Below, piece after piece: positions 1 to 8,819 of a stretch of 58,823 nucleotides of DNA. How positions within the stretch are numbered: position 1 is the stretch's first letter; every line of letters begins with the position of its first letter. The translations under genes were made by a program, and so were the position numbers. Source of the stretch: Patescibacteria group bacterium (GTDB taxonomy: Bacteria; Patescibacteriota; Minisyncoccia; Phycocordibacterales; Zambryskibacteraceae); the NCBI GenBank assembly GCA_004322205.1, contig SCSN01000007.1:1-58823 (forward strand), in the 5' to 3' direction. The notes under the pieces were generated by a model. It was given only the letters and a program-made list of their open reading frames with translations. It made no database searches and was not told the origin of the DNA.

Positions 1-187
1 TCAGAAAAAGCGGAGAACATTTTTTTGCGGGACACGCGAGCGGAGCGAGCGGTGGTGGGGCTGATTCATTCGTTCACCGATTTTGAAAATAGGTTCTAAC
101 TTGGTACAATAAATACACCAGAAAATTCTAACCATATACACACTGGGTCCTAGGTTCGAATCCTAGAGGGTGGACTGCTGTCAGAGG

Positions 188-2131
188 TTAAGTCTGATGC
201 TCAATGTCAAGTTTCTTTTTTGGTTGAATGCCGTGGACCACAAGAATCTTCTCGAATTCGTCGCGCTCAATGGTTTCCACTTCGACAAGCCGCGAGGCAA
301 TGGCCTTAAGCAACCTGCGGTGTTTCTTGATGGTTGAGCCGGCGCGGGAGAGAGCATCTTTGATAATTTTTGAAACTTCGGCGTCAATCTCGGCTCCAAT
401 TTTCTCTGAATAGTCTTTCTCGTCAAACCCCTTACCAAAAAGCGGTCTGCCAGCCGGAGTTTCAAGCGCCACCGGTCCGAGTTTTTCCGACATCCCGTAT
501 TTCGTCACCATGTCGCGGGCCAGGCCGGTGGCAACCTGCAAGTCACCCGACGAGCCAGTGGTAATATCGCCGAACATCATTCTCTCGGCAACGTAGCCGC
601 CAAGCCCGACGGCAATATCATCAAGGAATTCTTTCTTTGACTGAAGTTTTCGGTCTTCGATTGGAAGCTTCAGAGTATAGCCCGCCGCCCTGCCGCGCGA
701 GATGATTGAAATCTTGTGCACCGGATCAGCGTAGAGCAGCACCGAGGCAACCAAAGCGTGCCCCGACTCGTGGTAAGCAGTAATTTCTTTCTCTTTAACG
801 GAGAGAATGTGGCTTTTGCGCTCCGGACCGAGCATAACTTTCTCAATTGAGCGGATGAGGTCGTACTGGGAAATTTTACTGCGGTTTTCCCGGGCGGCAA
901 GGATTGCCCCCTCATTCATAAGCGAATAAAGATCAGCACCGGAAAAGCCGGGGGTTCTTTCAGCCACAACCTTGAGATTAACATCTTCTGCAAAAGGCTT
1001 CTGCCGAGCGTGAATTTGAAGAATTTCCTCGCGATCATTGCGATCCGGCAAATCAAGTATCACCCGCCGATCAAAACGCCCGGGGCGCAGAAGTGCCGGA
1101 TCCAAAACATCCGGGCGATTGCTCGCCGCCATAACAATCACTTTTTCGTTTGGCTCAAAGCCGTCGAGCTCAACCAGAACCTGATTGAGAGTTTGCTCTC
1201 GCTCGTCGTTGCCGCCGCCGGCGCCGAATCCCCTCACCCGCCCCACCGCATCTATTTCATCTATAAAAACAATGGCCGGCGCCGTCTTTTTGGCAATCTG
1301 AAATAGGTCGCGAACTCGGCTGGCGCCAACACCTACAAACATTTCTACAAACTCGGAGCCGGAGATGGAAAAGAAAGCCACCCCAGCTTCACCGGCGACA
1401 GCTCGCGCCAGCAAAGTTTTTCCGGTACCCGGCGCCCCCATCAGAAGCACTCCCTTAGGAATCTGGGCACCGATATCCAAAAATTTTTTGGGATTGCGCA
1501 GGAAATCAACAATTTCCATGAGCTCCTGTTTGGCTTCCTTCACCCCCGCCACATCTTTGAATGTTACTTTTTGTTTTTTGTCGTCCGGCGGAATGAGCCG
1601 TGCCTTTGACTGTCCGAAAGTAAAAGCTTGCATGCCAGCGCCACGCACCTGCCGCGAGAGATACCAGAGAAAGAAAACAATAAAGAGAATGGGTAAAATT
1701 ATAGGGGCGAGATTCAAGGTCCAGTATCCAATGCCGCTCTGCTCTTTGATTTCAATCTGCACCTTGGCGATCTGCTCGGGCTTTAAGCCGTAATTGACGA
1801 GCGTCTCGGAAAATGCCGCCCCTTCCTCTTTCTTTGATTCTTTTTTCTCTCCGCCCGCGTACTCTGCCTGCAAAGTATTGCCCTTAACCGTTACCTTTTG
1901 GACACTGCCCGCCGCGATATCAGAAGTCAGCTGGGAAAGAGAAATTTTCTCTGCCTTCTCCTGCCGCCCGGCAATAGCCGAGTAGAGCGACATGATGATA
2001 AGAAAAACGAGTAGGGCAGAGAGAAAGTTGCGCCAGAGCGAATTTGGCTGCGGCTCTTTACCGTCGAAATTCTTGCGGATGATAATCCGAAGCTGTCTTT
2101 TATCCCGATTTTTCTTGCTATCTTCAGCCAT
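188..2131 (-). CDS. ftsH: ATP-dependent zinc metalloprotease FtsH
   Basis: 647-aa ORF with N-terminal TM segments, Walker A GAPGTGKT, Walker B IVFIDEID and zinc site HESGH. Confidence 0.95.
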   Translation of the reverse strand: MAEDSKKNRDKRQLRIIIRKNFDGKEPQPNSLWRNFLSALLVFLIIMSLYSAIAGRQEKAEKISLSQLTSDIAAGSVQKVTVKGNTLQAEYAGGEKKESKKEEGAAFSETLVNYGLKPEQIAKVQIEIKEQSGIGYWTLNLAPIILPILFIVFFLWYLSRQVRGAGMQAFTFGQSKARLIPPDDKKQKVTFKDVAGVKEAKQELMEIVDFLRNPKKFLDIGAQIPKGVLLMGAPGTGKTLLARAVAGEAGVAFFSISGSEFVEMFVGVGASRVRDLFQIAKKTAPAIVFIDEIDAVGRVRGFGAGGGNDEREQTLNQVLVELDGFEPNEKVIVMAASNRPDVLDPALLRPGRFDRRVILDLPDRNDREEILQIHARQKPFAEDVNLKVVAERTPGFSGADLYSLMNEGAILAARENRSKISQYDLIRSIEKVMLGPERKSHILSVKEKEITAYHESGHALVASVLLYADPVHKISIISRGRAAGYTLKLPIEDRKLQSKKEFLDDIAVGLGGYVAERMMFGDITTGSSGDLQVATGLARDMVTKYGMSEKLGPVALETPAGRPLFGKGFDEKDYSEKIGAEIDAEVSKIIKDALSRAGSTIKKHRRLLKAIASRLVEVETIERDEFEKILVVHGIQPKKKLDIEHQT

Positions 2132-2179
2132 AAGTAGAACGATTATACACGAACTCTCCCATTTTGCTATTATTGCCTT

Positions 2180-2623
2180 ATGGCTCTCCTCGGGAACAAA
2201 AAGACGCGTTTTAAATATGAAATCCTCGAAACCTTTGAAGCCGGCATTGAGCTTCTGGGATTTGAGGTAAAATCCTTGCGCGCCAAACGCGGATCGCTGG
2301 AAGGAGCTTACGTTATCGTGCGCGGCGGTGAGACATTTCTTATCGGGGCTGACATTCCAGCTTATCAGCCCAAGAACGCTCCCAAAGATTACGATTCAAG
2401 ACGCAATCGTCGACTGCTGCTCACTAGGAAAGAAATTGACTCTCTTGCGGGCTTCGAATCGCGCAAGGGTTTGACAATTGTTCCCCTCTCGGTGTATAGT
2501 AAAGGGAAGAAAATCAAAATTTCAGTAGGAGTCGGCAAAGGAAAGAAAAAATACGACAAGCGAGAAACAATCAAAAAGCTAGAGAGTGAGCGTGAGGTCA
2601 GACGCTCTTTGAAATACAAATAA
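2180..2623 (+). CDS. smpB: SsrA-binding protein SmpB
   Basis: 147-aa ORF with typical SmpB sequence and a basic C-terminal tail. It lies directly upstream of the tmRNA. A TATTAT box sits 6 nt before the ATG. Confidence 0.93.
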   Translation: MALLGNKKTRFKYEILETFEAGIELLGFEVKSLRAKRGSLEGAYVIVRGGETFLIGADIPAYQPKNAPKDYDSRRNRRLLLTRKEIDSLAGFESRKGLTIVPLSVYSKGKKIKISVGVGKGKKKYDKRETIKKLESEREVRRSLKYK

Positions 2624-2672
2624 AGAGGTTTCACCCCCAGAAAAAGAACTTGAAAAATCAAATTCTTTTTCT

Positions 2673-3073
2673 GGGGGTGAACCGCTTCGACAAAAAAGTA
2701 ACGCAGAGCAACGCAAGAGGGAGCTGCAGTAACTCCTTAATCTGCTGCAAACGATAACTGCAAACAGCGTTGTCGCAAAGGCAAAGTCAATTCTTTCTCC
2801 ATTCGGAGCGAATGACCTTGCTTTCGCCACAGCTCGAGGTTAACTCGCTCTGGCGACGTCAACTCTTGTGAAGTCTGATAGCAAGATGTTGGTGTAATAT
2901 TCTCGGACTCTGAAGAATTGCGTCCCGCCTTTCTTCGAAACTGTAGGGACTCGATACTGTAAGGTTTTGTTTGCTTCCTACTTACAACATCTAGACTTCT
3001 GAAACAAACTAACTCTTGTAGAAGTTGTTAGGCGGCTTTTTTGGACGGGAGTTCGTTACTCCCCACCTCCACA
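2673..3073 (+). ncRNA. ssrA: tmRNA (SsrA), one-piece
   Basis: 5' GGGGGTG pairs with 3' CACCTCC (3064-3070), including the G3:U alanine identity pair. T-arm GGGAG-TTCGTTA-CTCCC, discriminator A. Internal candidate tag frames start GCA AAC GAT AAC (2747) or GCG AAT GAC (2808). Follows smpB. Confidence 0.85.
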
Positions 3074-3080
3074 ATAAAAA

Positions 3081-3117
3081 CTGCCCCTGCCATGGCGGGG
3101 GCAGTTTTTCTGTTTTT
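3081..3117 (+). terminator. Rho-independent terminator after ssrA
   Basis: Stem ctgcccc..ggggcag with inner gcc/ggc pairs, followed by tttttctgttttt. Confidence 0.8.
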
Positions 3118-3131
3118 AATAAAAGCATAGA

Positions 3132-3159
3132 TTGTAGAGCTATCTAATTGTGTTATGAT
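3132..3159 (+). promoter_or_regulatory. Sigma70-like promoter of the radical SAM gene
   Basis: TTGTAG, 16-nt spacer, TGtTATGAT (extended -10). GGAG lies 6 nt before the ATG at 3213. Confidence 0.5.
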
Positions 3160-3212
3160 GACAACAGAACGTACCATAACAGCTTGCGTTTTCACTTCGA
3201 CTGGAGACGGAA

Positions 3213-4181
3213 ATGACCACCATTATGGAACGGGTTGACAGAACGGCCAGGATCCCGCCCACACATCTGCGCGTGGATCCGCCGCCACCGCGCTCAATCA
3301 AGATCGAGATCACCGGCGTCTGCAACCTGCGTTGCGGCTTCTGTGCCCTCACAAAGCGACCGATCCAACCAACGAAGCCGATGGAGTGGGGACTCCTCGA
3401 GCGACTCATCCGAGAGAGTCGGGAGTTCGGAATCGAGGAAATCGGGGCTTTCTACATCGGAGAATCGTTTACGGCCACCGACGAGCTTGTCGCCACAGTC
3501 AGACTCGGGAAGGAGGTCGGTTACAAAAACCGATTCCTGACTTCAAACGCGACTATCTCGACACCGGAGCGGGTGAGAGCGGCAATCGAGGCAGGACTCA
3601 CTTCCCTCAAATGGAGTGTCAACAACGCGAACGCAAAACAATTCGCTGAGGTGACGCAGAGACCCGAGCGTCTGTTCTACATGGCGCTCGAGAACATCAA
3701 GGCGGCCCTGGCAGTTCGTGACGAAGTTTTCAGACGGACAGGGCACTGGTGCGAGCTCTCCGCCTCAAGCATCCGCTACAATGCGGAGCAGATGAGGCTC
3801 ATGCAACCGTTTCTTGAGAAGCATGTCCTGCCCTTCGTCGATCATCACTACAAGCTTCCGCCTTACACCATGGGCGGACCGCCGATCGATCAAGAGCTCC
3901 AACTCGGCATCATTCCAACAGCCGGCAATCAAGGTCGGATTGGTGCTCTTGTCGATCCAATCCCCTGCTGGGCAGTCTTCAACGAGGCGCATGTTACCTC
4001 GTCGGGCATGCTCACCGCCTGCTGCTTCGATGCCGACGGCTCATGGACAATGGCCGACCTGAAAAAGGTTCCCCTTGCGACTGGCTGGCACAGCGATGTT
4101 TTCAAGACACTGCGCCTAGCGCATCTCAAGGGCGATGTCCGAGGTACGGTCTGCGAAAGGTGCGCCCTCTACGTGGGCTAG
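3213..4181 (+). CDS. Radical SAM protein with Cys-rich C-terminal (SPASM/twitch-like) region
   Basis: 322-aa ORF with CxxxCxxC (VCNLRCGFCAL) near the N-terminus and C-terminal cysteines (CW.., TACCFD, CERC). Visibly GC-richer than its neighbours. Confidence 0.85.
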   Translation: MTTIMERVDRTARIPPTHLRVDPPPPRSIKIEITGVCNLRCGFCALTKRPIQPTKPMEWGLLERLIRESREFGIEEIGAFYIGESFTATDELVATVRLGKEVGYKNRFLTSNATISTPERVRAAIEAGLTSLKWSVNNANAKQFAEVTQRPERLFYMALENIKAALAVRDEVFRRTGHWCELSASSIRYNAEQMRLMQPFLEKHVLPFVDHHYKLPPYTMGGPPIDQELQLGIIPTAGNQGRIGALVDPIPCWAVFNEAHVTSSGMLTACCFDADGSWTMADLKKVPLATGWHSDVFKTLRLAHLKGDVRGTVCERCALYVG

Positions 4182-4202
4182 CGGGAGTAAGAACGCAAGA
4201 CA

Positions 4203-4243
4203 AACGCCGCTCTCGTTTTCACGAGAAGCGGCGTTTTCCTTTT
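4203..4243. terminator. Bidirectional hairpin terminator between convergent genes
   Basis: aacgccgctctcg / cgagaagcggcgtt stem followed by ttttcctttt. Confidence 0.75.
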
Positions 4244-4257
4244 ACCCAAAAATTCTT

Positions 4258-5967
4258 TTACTTTCCCAAGAACGGTTCTATAAAAGCCGAGATGACATTT
4301 GCCATCAAACTTCTGACATTGGCACGGAAGAAACTTGTTGGAGCGGGCTCGGAAGGAGGTGGGGTAATGTAACCTTCAGGTGGCTGATAGCCCTCCGGCG
4401 GTTGATACGACCCGCCCTGATAGTCTGGCGGAGGGGAATAGCTCGACGGGTACTGACTTCCATCAGGTGGTGGGGGAAAGGCGTCGGGCGGCGGATAACT
4501 TCCCTGATATTGTCCGGAGGGGTATTGACCTCCCGGCGGCGGGAAGCCTCCTTGTGACTCTCTGTTATATTGCGAGCGGAATTCTTCCTGACGCTCTCGC
4601 ATCATTTTCTCCATCTCTTCCCTGCTCATATTCGGCGGAAATTGCCCAATCCCCTCGCCACCGCGAAACTGCTCTGACGGAGGATGTTGGCCGACTCCCG
4701 ACTCACCTCTTCTGAGCTGGGAAGGAGGGCTTGAACCTTCCGGGGGACGGAAGCGATTGCAGACTTCGGCATTGGCGGGGTCGGAGCAGAAATTGCGGCA
4801 CTCTTCCGGAGTCTTACATCCGCCCGGACCATTCATCGTCCCCGGCCCGACACTGGGAGGGAAACTACCTTCTCCCCTAAACTCACCTTCATTCTCACCT
4901 TCTCCTCGACGAGTGCTGAAATACTGCTCAAAGCACTGGTGCATCTTCTCGCCAAGCTCTCGTGACGGAGGTCGAGCGCCGTTTTCAATCTGACTCAAAA
5001 CTTCACTGCCCACCGTGTCCTTGAGACATTGAACAACCTCCGGCGGAGCATTCGTCAAACCTTCTCGAAATTGGGACATTCCCTCTTTCATGCGCTCCCG
5101 CTCCTCCGGCGGAATAAGGTCGTGCTCTTCGGCAAATTTGAAACACTCGTCCTGATGTTCTTGACAGTAGGCTTCACACTGCTCCTTACCGCGGCAGCCG
5201 CCGGGACCCTTGCCGCCAGTTTTCCGAATCATTTCTGCTTCTTCGGGCGGGATTATTCCTGCCTCAAGCCCAAATTGAATGCACTTTTGAAGTACCTCAT
5301 CACTCTGGGGATTCTCACATTGCTCAAACTCCTTTGGGGAACGGAAGGGTGCTTTCCCCTCTTCTATCAGACGAAACATCTTCTCTGCCTTCTCTCTATC
5401 CACGTTCGGCGGCAAGAAACCAGCTTTTTCAGCAAAGGCGAAACACTCTCGAGCCACCGCTACTGTCTGCGGGTCCTCGCAAGTTGCGCGGCATGACTCC
5501 TTATTGGTACACCCGGCCGGGAGTTTCGCCCCCTGATCAAGGGCGCGAATGACCCTCTCCGCCTCTTCGAGTTCACCGCCGCTCATGAGACCGTGGTTCT
5601 TGGCATAGACAACACATTCTCGGATATTGGTTGTGGTGTTGCAGTACGTCTCGCAGCTTGCCTCTGGATTTGCCGCTCCAACGGCACACTGCCCCGGACC
5701 GCCATCCTCTAGAATCACATCAAACTTATCATCACGATCTTGAGAGACATCAAGCCCGTGCTTGGCCGCGAAGGCTTGGCAGGCGGAAATATTCGCCGGA
5801 GCGTCACAGTAAACCCTGCACTCACCTTCATTGGCGCAATTGCCAAGCTCCGGGACGGGAAAGGTGATATCAAACGGCGAGTTGGCAAAAGCACCGGAAA
5901 CGAAAAGAGTGAAAATAAAAAATGCGGTCAAAAAAACCGCACTACTCAAAAGGATTCTTGTATTCAT
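4258..5967 (-). CDS. Secreted Cys-rich modular repeat protein with Pro/Gly/Tyr/Gln-rich tail
   Basis: 569-aa ORF with an N-terminal signal/TM segment. At least 6 modules of C-x5-10-C-x3-C-x6-11-C followed by F/YA..HG/AG(L/F). C-terminal about 120 aa is low-complexity PPxGxY/Q. Confidence 0.75.
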   Translation of the reverse strand: MNTRILLSSAVFLTAFFIFTLFVSGAFANSPFDITFPVPELGNCANEGECRVYCDAPANISACQAFAAKHGLDVSQDRDDKFDVILEDGGPGQCAVGAANPEASCETYCNTTTNIRECVVYAKNHGLMSGGELEEAERVIRALDQGAKLPAGCTNKESCRATCEDPQTVAVARECFAFAEKAGFLPPNVDREKAEKMFRLIEEGKAPFRSPKEFEQCENPQSDEVLQKCIQFGLEAGIIPPEEAEMIRKTGGKGPGGCRGKEQCEAYCQEHQDECFKFAEEHDLIPPEERERMKEGMSQFREGLTNAPPEVVQCLKDTVGSEVLSQIENGARPPSRELGEKMHQCFEQYFSTRRGEGENEGEFRGEGSFPPSVGPGTMNGPGGCKTPEECRNFCSDPANAEVCNRFRPPEGSSPPSQLRRGESGVGQHPPSEQFRGGEGIGQFPPNMSREEMEKMMRERQEEFRSQYNRESQGGFPPPGGQYPSGQYQGSYPPPDAFPPPPDGSQYPSSYSPPPDYQGGSYQPPEGYQPPEGYITPPPSEPAPTSFFRANVRSLMANVISAFIEPFLGK

Positions 5968-6208
5968 TTTTGAACGGATTAGTTTTTTCGATCGGATTCA
6001 CGGGAGTGGTCACTTTATCAAGCGGATTGGCGCTTGGAGCAACGACGGAGGTTTGGCCGACCGCTTGCTCGAGCGCCGAGGAGAGATCTTGAACCGCCTC
6101 CCTCCCGCCCGCCGGTTTCCGTAAGACCGCCGCCCAGTAGACAAGAGCAATGATAACCAGCGCTGACAGGACAACGACGACAGCGATGGTTTGATTTTTA
6201 TTCATCAT
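5942..6208 (-). CDS. Small membrane-anchored protein
   Basis: 88-aa ORF with one N-terminal TM helix (IAVVVVLSALVIIALVYWAAV). Its 3' end overlaps the start of the downstream Cys-rich gene. Confidence 0.5.
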   Translation of the reverse strand: MMNKNQTIAVVVVLSALVIIALVYWAAVLRKPAGGREAVQDLSSALEQAVGQTSVVAPSANPLDKVTTPVNPIEKTNPFKNEYKNPFE

Positions 6209-6413
6209 GTTTATTTCGACGAGCGAGGAGTGCCGCGCAAACGTCCTCGTTTACATGGCGTCCGAACGAAGTCGAAACAAAGGGTTAATACTCTTTATAA
6301 TACCACCCTCAACTCCGCTTCAAGCGGTGAAATCCACAGTTGCGATAGCCTCTCGCAGTGGTCTGACGTTTTGTTTTTGGTCAAAACCCTATATACTCCT
6401 TAGCATTCAAGAA

Positions 6414-6485
6414 GCACCCTTAGCTCAGTGGTAGAGCGCTCCCTTCACACGGGAGAGGCCGTAAGTTCGATCCTTACAGGGTGCA
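6414..6485 (+). tRNA. tRNA-Val (anticodon CAC)
   Basis: Manual cloverleaf: acceptor gcaccct/agggtgc, D arm gctc-agtggta-gagc, anticodon arm ctccc-ttCACac-gggag, T arm gtaag-ttcgatc-cttac. Confidence 0.9.
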
Positions 6486-6486
6486 T

Positions 6487-6559
6487 GGGCCGTTAGTTCA
6501 GTCAGCAGAACACTCGATTCGCATTCGAGAGGTCGCCGGTGCAATTCCGGCACGGTCCA
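6487..6559 (+). tRNA. tRNA-Ala (anticodon CGC)
   Basis: Acceptor gggccgt/acggtcc with G3:U70, anticodon arm ctcga-ttCGCat-tcgag, T arm gccgg-tgcaatt-ccggc. Confidence 0.9.
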
Positions 6560-6596
6560 CTCGACCTTGCCGCATGTGGCAAAATTGACCGCCCAA

Positions 6597-6633
6597 ACAC
6601 AAAAGCCGCCTGCAGGCGGCTTTTGTGTTTTTG
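6597..6633 (+). terminator. Rho-independent terminator after the tRNA pair
   Basis: acacaaaagccgcc-tgca-ggcggcttttgtgt followed by a T run. Confidence 0.85.
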
Positions 6634-6689
6634 TGGAGCGTTTCCAGCAAGTCCGCTATAATAATTTCATTAACAATTAAGACAGCTCC

Positions 6690-7106
6690 GTGGAAACATT
6701 GATTAATTATCTGGCAGTTCTTGTAGGAGGGATTGCGGTAATTGCTATTGGAGCTCTGTGGTATTCCCCCTTGCTTTTCGGCAAACAGTGGGTGAAGCTC
6801 TCGGGCATAACCGAGGAGAAAATCAGAACCGCCAAAGCCAAGGGTATGGCCAAAGCATACATACTTCAGTTTCTTTTTGCCTTGCTCTCTGTCTATGTCC
6901 TTGCCCACCTTTCAGCCGTTCAAGGCGTCTCGACAGTAAGCGGTATCTGGTCTCTTGTCTTCTGGGTTTGGCTTGGCTTTCAAGTTCCCATCCAAATCGG
7001 CTCTGTACTCTGGGAAAATAAACCGTTTCAGCTTTTCGTCTTGAATGCCTTCCACGGACTGGTTGCGCTCCTCGGAGCGGGTATCGCACTCGTACTCATC
7101 AGGTAA
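6690..7106 (+). CDS. DUF1761-like integral membrane protein
   Basis: 138-aa ORF with 4 predicted TM helices. The N-terminus (GALWYSPLLFGKQW) resembles the DUF1761 family. GTG start. Confidence 0.6.
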   Translation: METLINYLAVLVGGIAVIAIGALWYSPLLFGKQWVKLSGITEEKIRTAKAKGMAKAYILQFLFALLSVYVLAHLSAVQGVSTVSGIWSLVFWVWLGFQVPIQIGSVLWENKPFQLFVLNAFHGLVALLGAGIALVLIR

Positions 7107-7146
7107 AAGAAAAGACCGCGCGCGCTTGGCGGCGGTCGGTACGCAA

Positions 7147-7497
7147 TCAGAACAGCGGGAGTTCATCGAGCGGGGTTCTGGGGTTACACTCAACCCGGTA
7201 CCTCAACCCTTGAAGTTGCTCACGCAATTGGGCGGTCGGCGTGGTGTTAACCAGATCTTCAACCCGCCACAGAAAAGCTTGAAGTTCTTCACGAGCGTTG
7301 AAATCCAACTCCGCTTCACATTGATGAACCTCTGCCTCGATGCTCTTGAGTGTTTTATTCACCTCATCGGCAAGGTTCAAGCTGCGAGGAATTCGACTCC
7401 TGAGCTCCTCACAAAGCTTCAGAATTCGCTTGAGGTGGTAAGGGGGACTTTCCGTGTCAACCACCGCTTCCGGCTTCTCGGTCTGGCTTGTCGACAT
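7147..7497 (-). CDS. Hypothetical protein, helical/coiled-coil-like orphan
   Basis: The ORF track gives 7147..7536. An internal ATG at 7497 is preceded by GAGGAA 5 nt upstream. No recognisable motif. Confidence 0.5.
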   Translation of the reverse strand: MSTSQTEKPEAVVDTESPPYHLKRILKLCEELRSRIPRSLNLADEVNKTLKSIEAEVHQCEAELDFNAREELQAFLWRVEDLVNTTPTAQLREQLQGLRYRVECNPRTPLDELPLF

Positions 7498-7650
7498 CTG
7501 TTCCTCTGTGAACTGGGTCCTCGGACATTCAAGCATAAAAAATTTTGAAACACAAGGGGGAGTAGAATTATGAGTAAAGGGGGCATATAGTATGCTCTGC
7601 TTGGAATCCTTATTGGATGAGGAAATTCAGAAATCTAGTAATATCCCACC

Positions 7651-8727
7651 TTGAACAGCACTCGCTGGCATTTTTATCTCAAAACCCAAGACGCCTGGCG
7701 CTCGATGAAAGAAGCGTGCTTAAATGCTCGCGCTTCCATTGACTTTGAGCAGTATATTTTTGAAGACGACGCCATTGGGAAAGAGTTCGTCGAGGTTTTT
7801 CTGAAAAAACAGAAAGAAGGGGTGAAGGTACGCATTCTCTGCGACATGGTTGGTTCGTTTTCTTTCTGGAGTTCTCCCCTGCCTCAAAGATTGCGCGCGG
7901 CAGGAGCAGAGATGCGCTTCTTCCATATTGTGAAGCCGTGGCGGATGGGAAAGATTCTCTCATGGTTCTTCCGAGATCATCGCAAAGTTCTGGTCGTTGA
8001 CAACACAATCGGATTTGTCGGAGGAGTCTGCTTCCGGGACCAGATGAGAGACTGGCGAGATACCCATCTCAAGATTTTTGGACCGGTTGTCTCTGAAATG
8101 AGAGAGGCTTTTGAAGAGCTCTGGCAAGCAGCTGCCGAAAAAAACATCTTTCGGCGACTCAAAAAAGGCAGAAAATTCGTTCGCGGTTTCTATTTCATTA
8201 CCAACTCTCCCTATTTCCGGAAGCGGTTTCTCTATCGAGAGCACCTCTCCGCTATCCGAAGCGCCAAACGCTTTATCTATTTCACCACGCCGTATTTTGT
8301 GCCTGACCACCGTATCTCCCGCGCTCTGCGGGCAGCGGCGGGGCGAGGTGTGGAGGTGAAAATTCTTCTGCCGGCAGTTTCAGACATTCCCTGGGCAGAC
8401 CGCGCTTCGCGCGCTCTCTGGGGACGATTCCTTTCTGCCGGAGTGCAGCTCTTCCGCTATCATGGCGACGTTCTTCACGCCAAAACGGCAGTTATAGACA
8501 ATTCGTGGAGCACTGTGGGCAGCTTCAATCTCGACAATATGAGCATTCTCTTCAACTACGAAGCCAACATCGTAAGCACCGAAGTTCGTTTCGCCGAAGA
8601 AGCGAAAAAGATCTTTTTAAACGATTTGGCGCGCTCACAGCCGGTTGTTCTTTCTGAATGGCTCAAGCGCCCGCTGCGACAAAAAATGCTCGAGTGGCTG
8701 ATCCTCCCCTTCCGAAAATTTCTCTAA
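7651..8727 (+). CDS. cls: Phospholipase D / cardiolipin synthase family protein
   Basis: 358-aa ORF with two HKD motifs (HRKVLVVD, HAKTAVID). TTG start 6 nt after TAATAT. Confidence 0.85.
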   Translation: MNSTRWHFYLKTQDAWRSMKEACLNARASIDFEQYIFEDDAIGKEFVEVFLKKQKEGVKVRILCDMVGSFSFWSSPLPQRLRAAGAEMRFFHIVKPWRMGKILSWFFRDHRKVLVVDNTIGFVGGVCFRDQMRDWRDTHLKIFGPVVSEMREAFEELWQAAAEKNIFRRLKKGRKFVRGFYFITNSPYFRKRFLYREHLSAIRSAKRFIYFTTPYFVPDHRISRALRAAAGRGVEVKILLPAVSDIPWADRASRALWGRFLSAGVQLFRYHGDVLHAKTAVIDNSWSTVGSFNLDNMSILFNYEANIVSTEVRFAEEAKKIFLNDLARSQPVVLSEWLKRPLRQKMLEWLILPFRKFL

Positions 8728-8819
8728 CTGACAAGCTATTCACCGCCACACCCTTCCCCTAAGCGTTGCAGGTAAAGAGAAAACGTGATATAGATTATTG
8801 TATTCTCTTTTCTCAACCG

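Noticed and set aside
52-75. GGGGCTGATTC resembling a second tmRNA 5' end
   Set aside because: There is no complementary 3' acceptor strand, tag region or pseudoknots. A complete tmRNA already exists at 2673-3073.
4182-4260. A duplicated tmRNA 3' end (attR) downstream of the radical SAM gene
   Set aside because: Only a 7-nt match (cgggagt) was found, which is too short to support an att site. No integrase is present.
6498-6908. 136-aa minus-strand ORF and 75-aa plus-strand ORF (6207-6434) overlapping the tRNA pair
   Set aside because: They overlap two well-folded tRNAs and a terminator, so they are spurious.
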